DNA of 57,688 nt, from the NCBI GenBank assembly GCA_964558115.1, contig CAZLCI010000004.1:1-57688 (forward strand). Reading direction: 5' to 3'. This DNA comes from an uncultured Nitrospinaceae bacterium (GTDB lineage: Bacteria; UBA8248). The first letter of the stretch is position 1. Each line of letters opens with the position of its first letter. Below the pieces are notes generated by a model. It did no database searches. It was not told where the DNA came from and saw only the letters and a list, made by a program, of their open reading frames with translations. A program made the position numbers and the translations under genes. Below, one piece after another: positions 57,687 through 57,688 of the stretch.

Positions 57687-57688
57687 TC

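Noticed and set aside
1-57688. Genome-wide TGA reassignment (code 4 or 25)
   Set aside because: All other genes are full length under code 11, Trp uses TGG, and TGA terminates several genes at their expected C-termini
1-57688. CRISPR arrays, IS elements, prophage, tRNA/rRNA (including tRNA-Sec) and riboswitches
   Set aside because: No repeat-spacer pattern, transposase or integrase, and no GC-rich structured intergenic segment seen; intergenic gaps are short and AT-rich. A covariance-model scan was not possible

Overview
AT-rich bacterial chromosomal segment with about 59 tightly packed protein genes. I saw no rRNA, tRNA, CRISPR array, mobile element or transcription-factor gene. It carries two ABC importers (CUT1 sugar-type and Fe3+/thiamine/polyamine-type), many small-molecule catabolic enzymes of unknown substrate (Gfo/Idh/MocA, ThDP enzyme, BVMO, FAH, amidase, acyl-CoA dehydrogenase-like, DHDPS-like, alpha/beta hydrolases, metallo-beta-lactamase folds, M20/M24 hydrolases), nadA-nadC, a 7Fe ferredoxin, msrB and a complete group-1 mrpABCDEFG Na+/H+ antiporter. 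The strongest hidden signal is two genes that the ORF track splits at an in-frame TGA: an OsmC-like gene (22500..23057) and an AhpD/CMD-like gene (28437..29018, CxxU). In both, the TGA sits at the catalytic Cys position and is followed by a SECIS-like hairpin with a GGU loop, so both are very probably selenoproteins. Both lie in catabolic gene clusters, and no sel machinery is in the window. Secondary signals: a tandem pair of FprA/ODP-like MBL proteins (one with lost metal ligands), an acyl-CoA dehydrogenase homologue without the catalytic Glu, poly-Lys solute-binding proteins, and non-canonical starts (CTG for the MATE gene, no clean start for nadC). All product calls come from motif recognition only; no searches were run.
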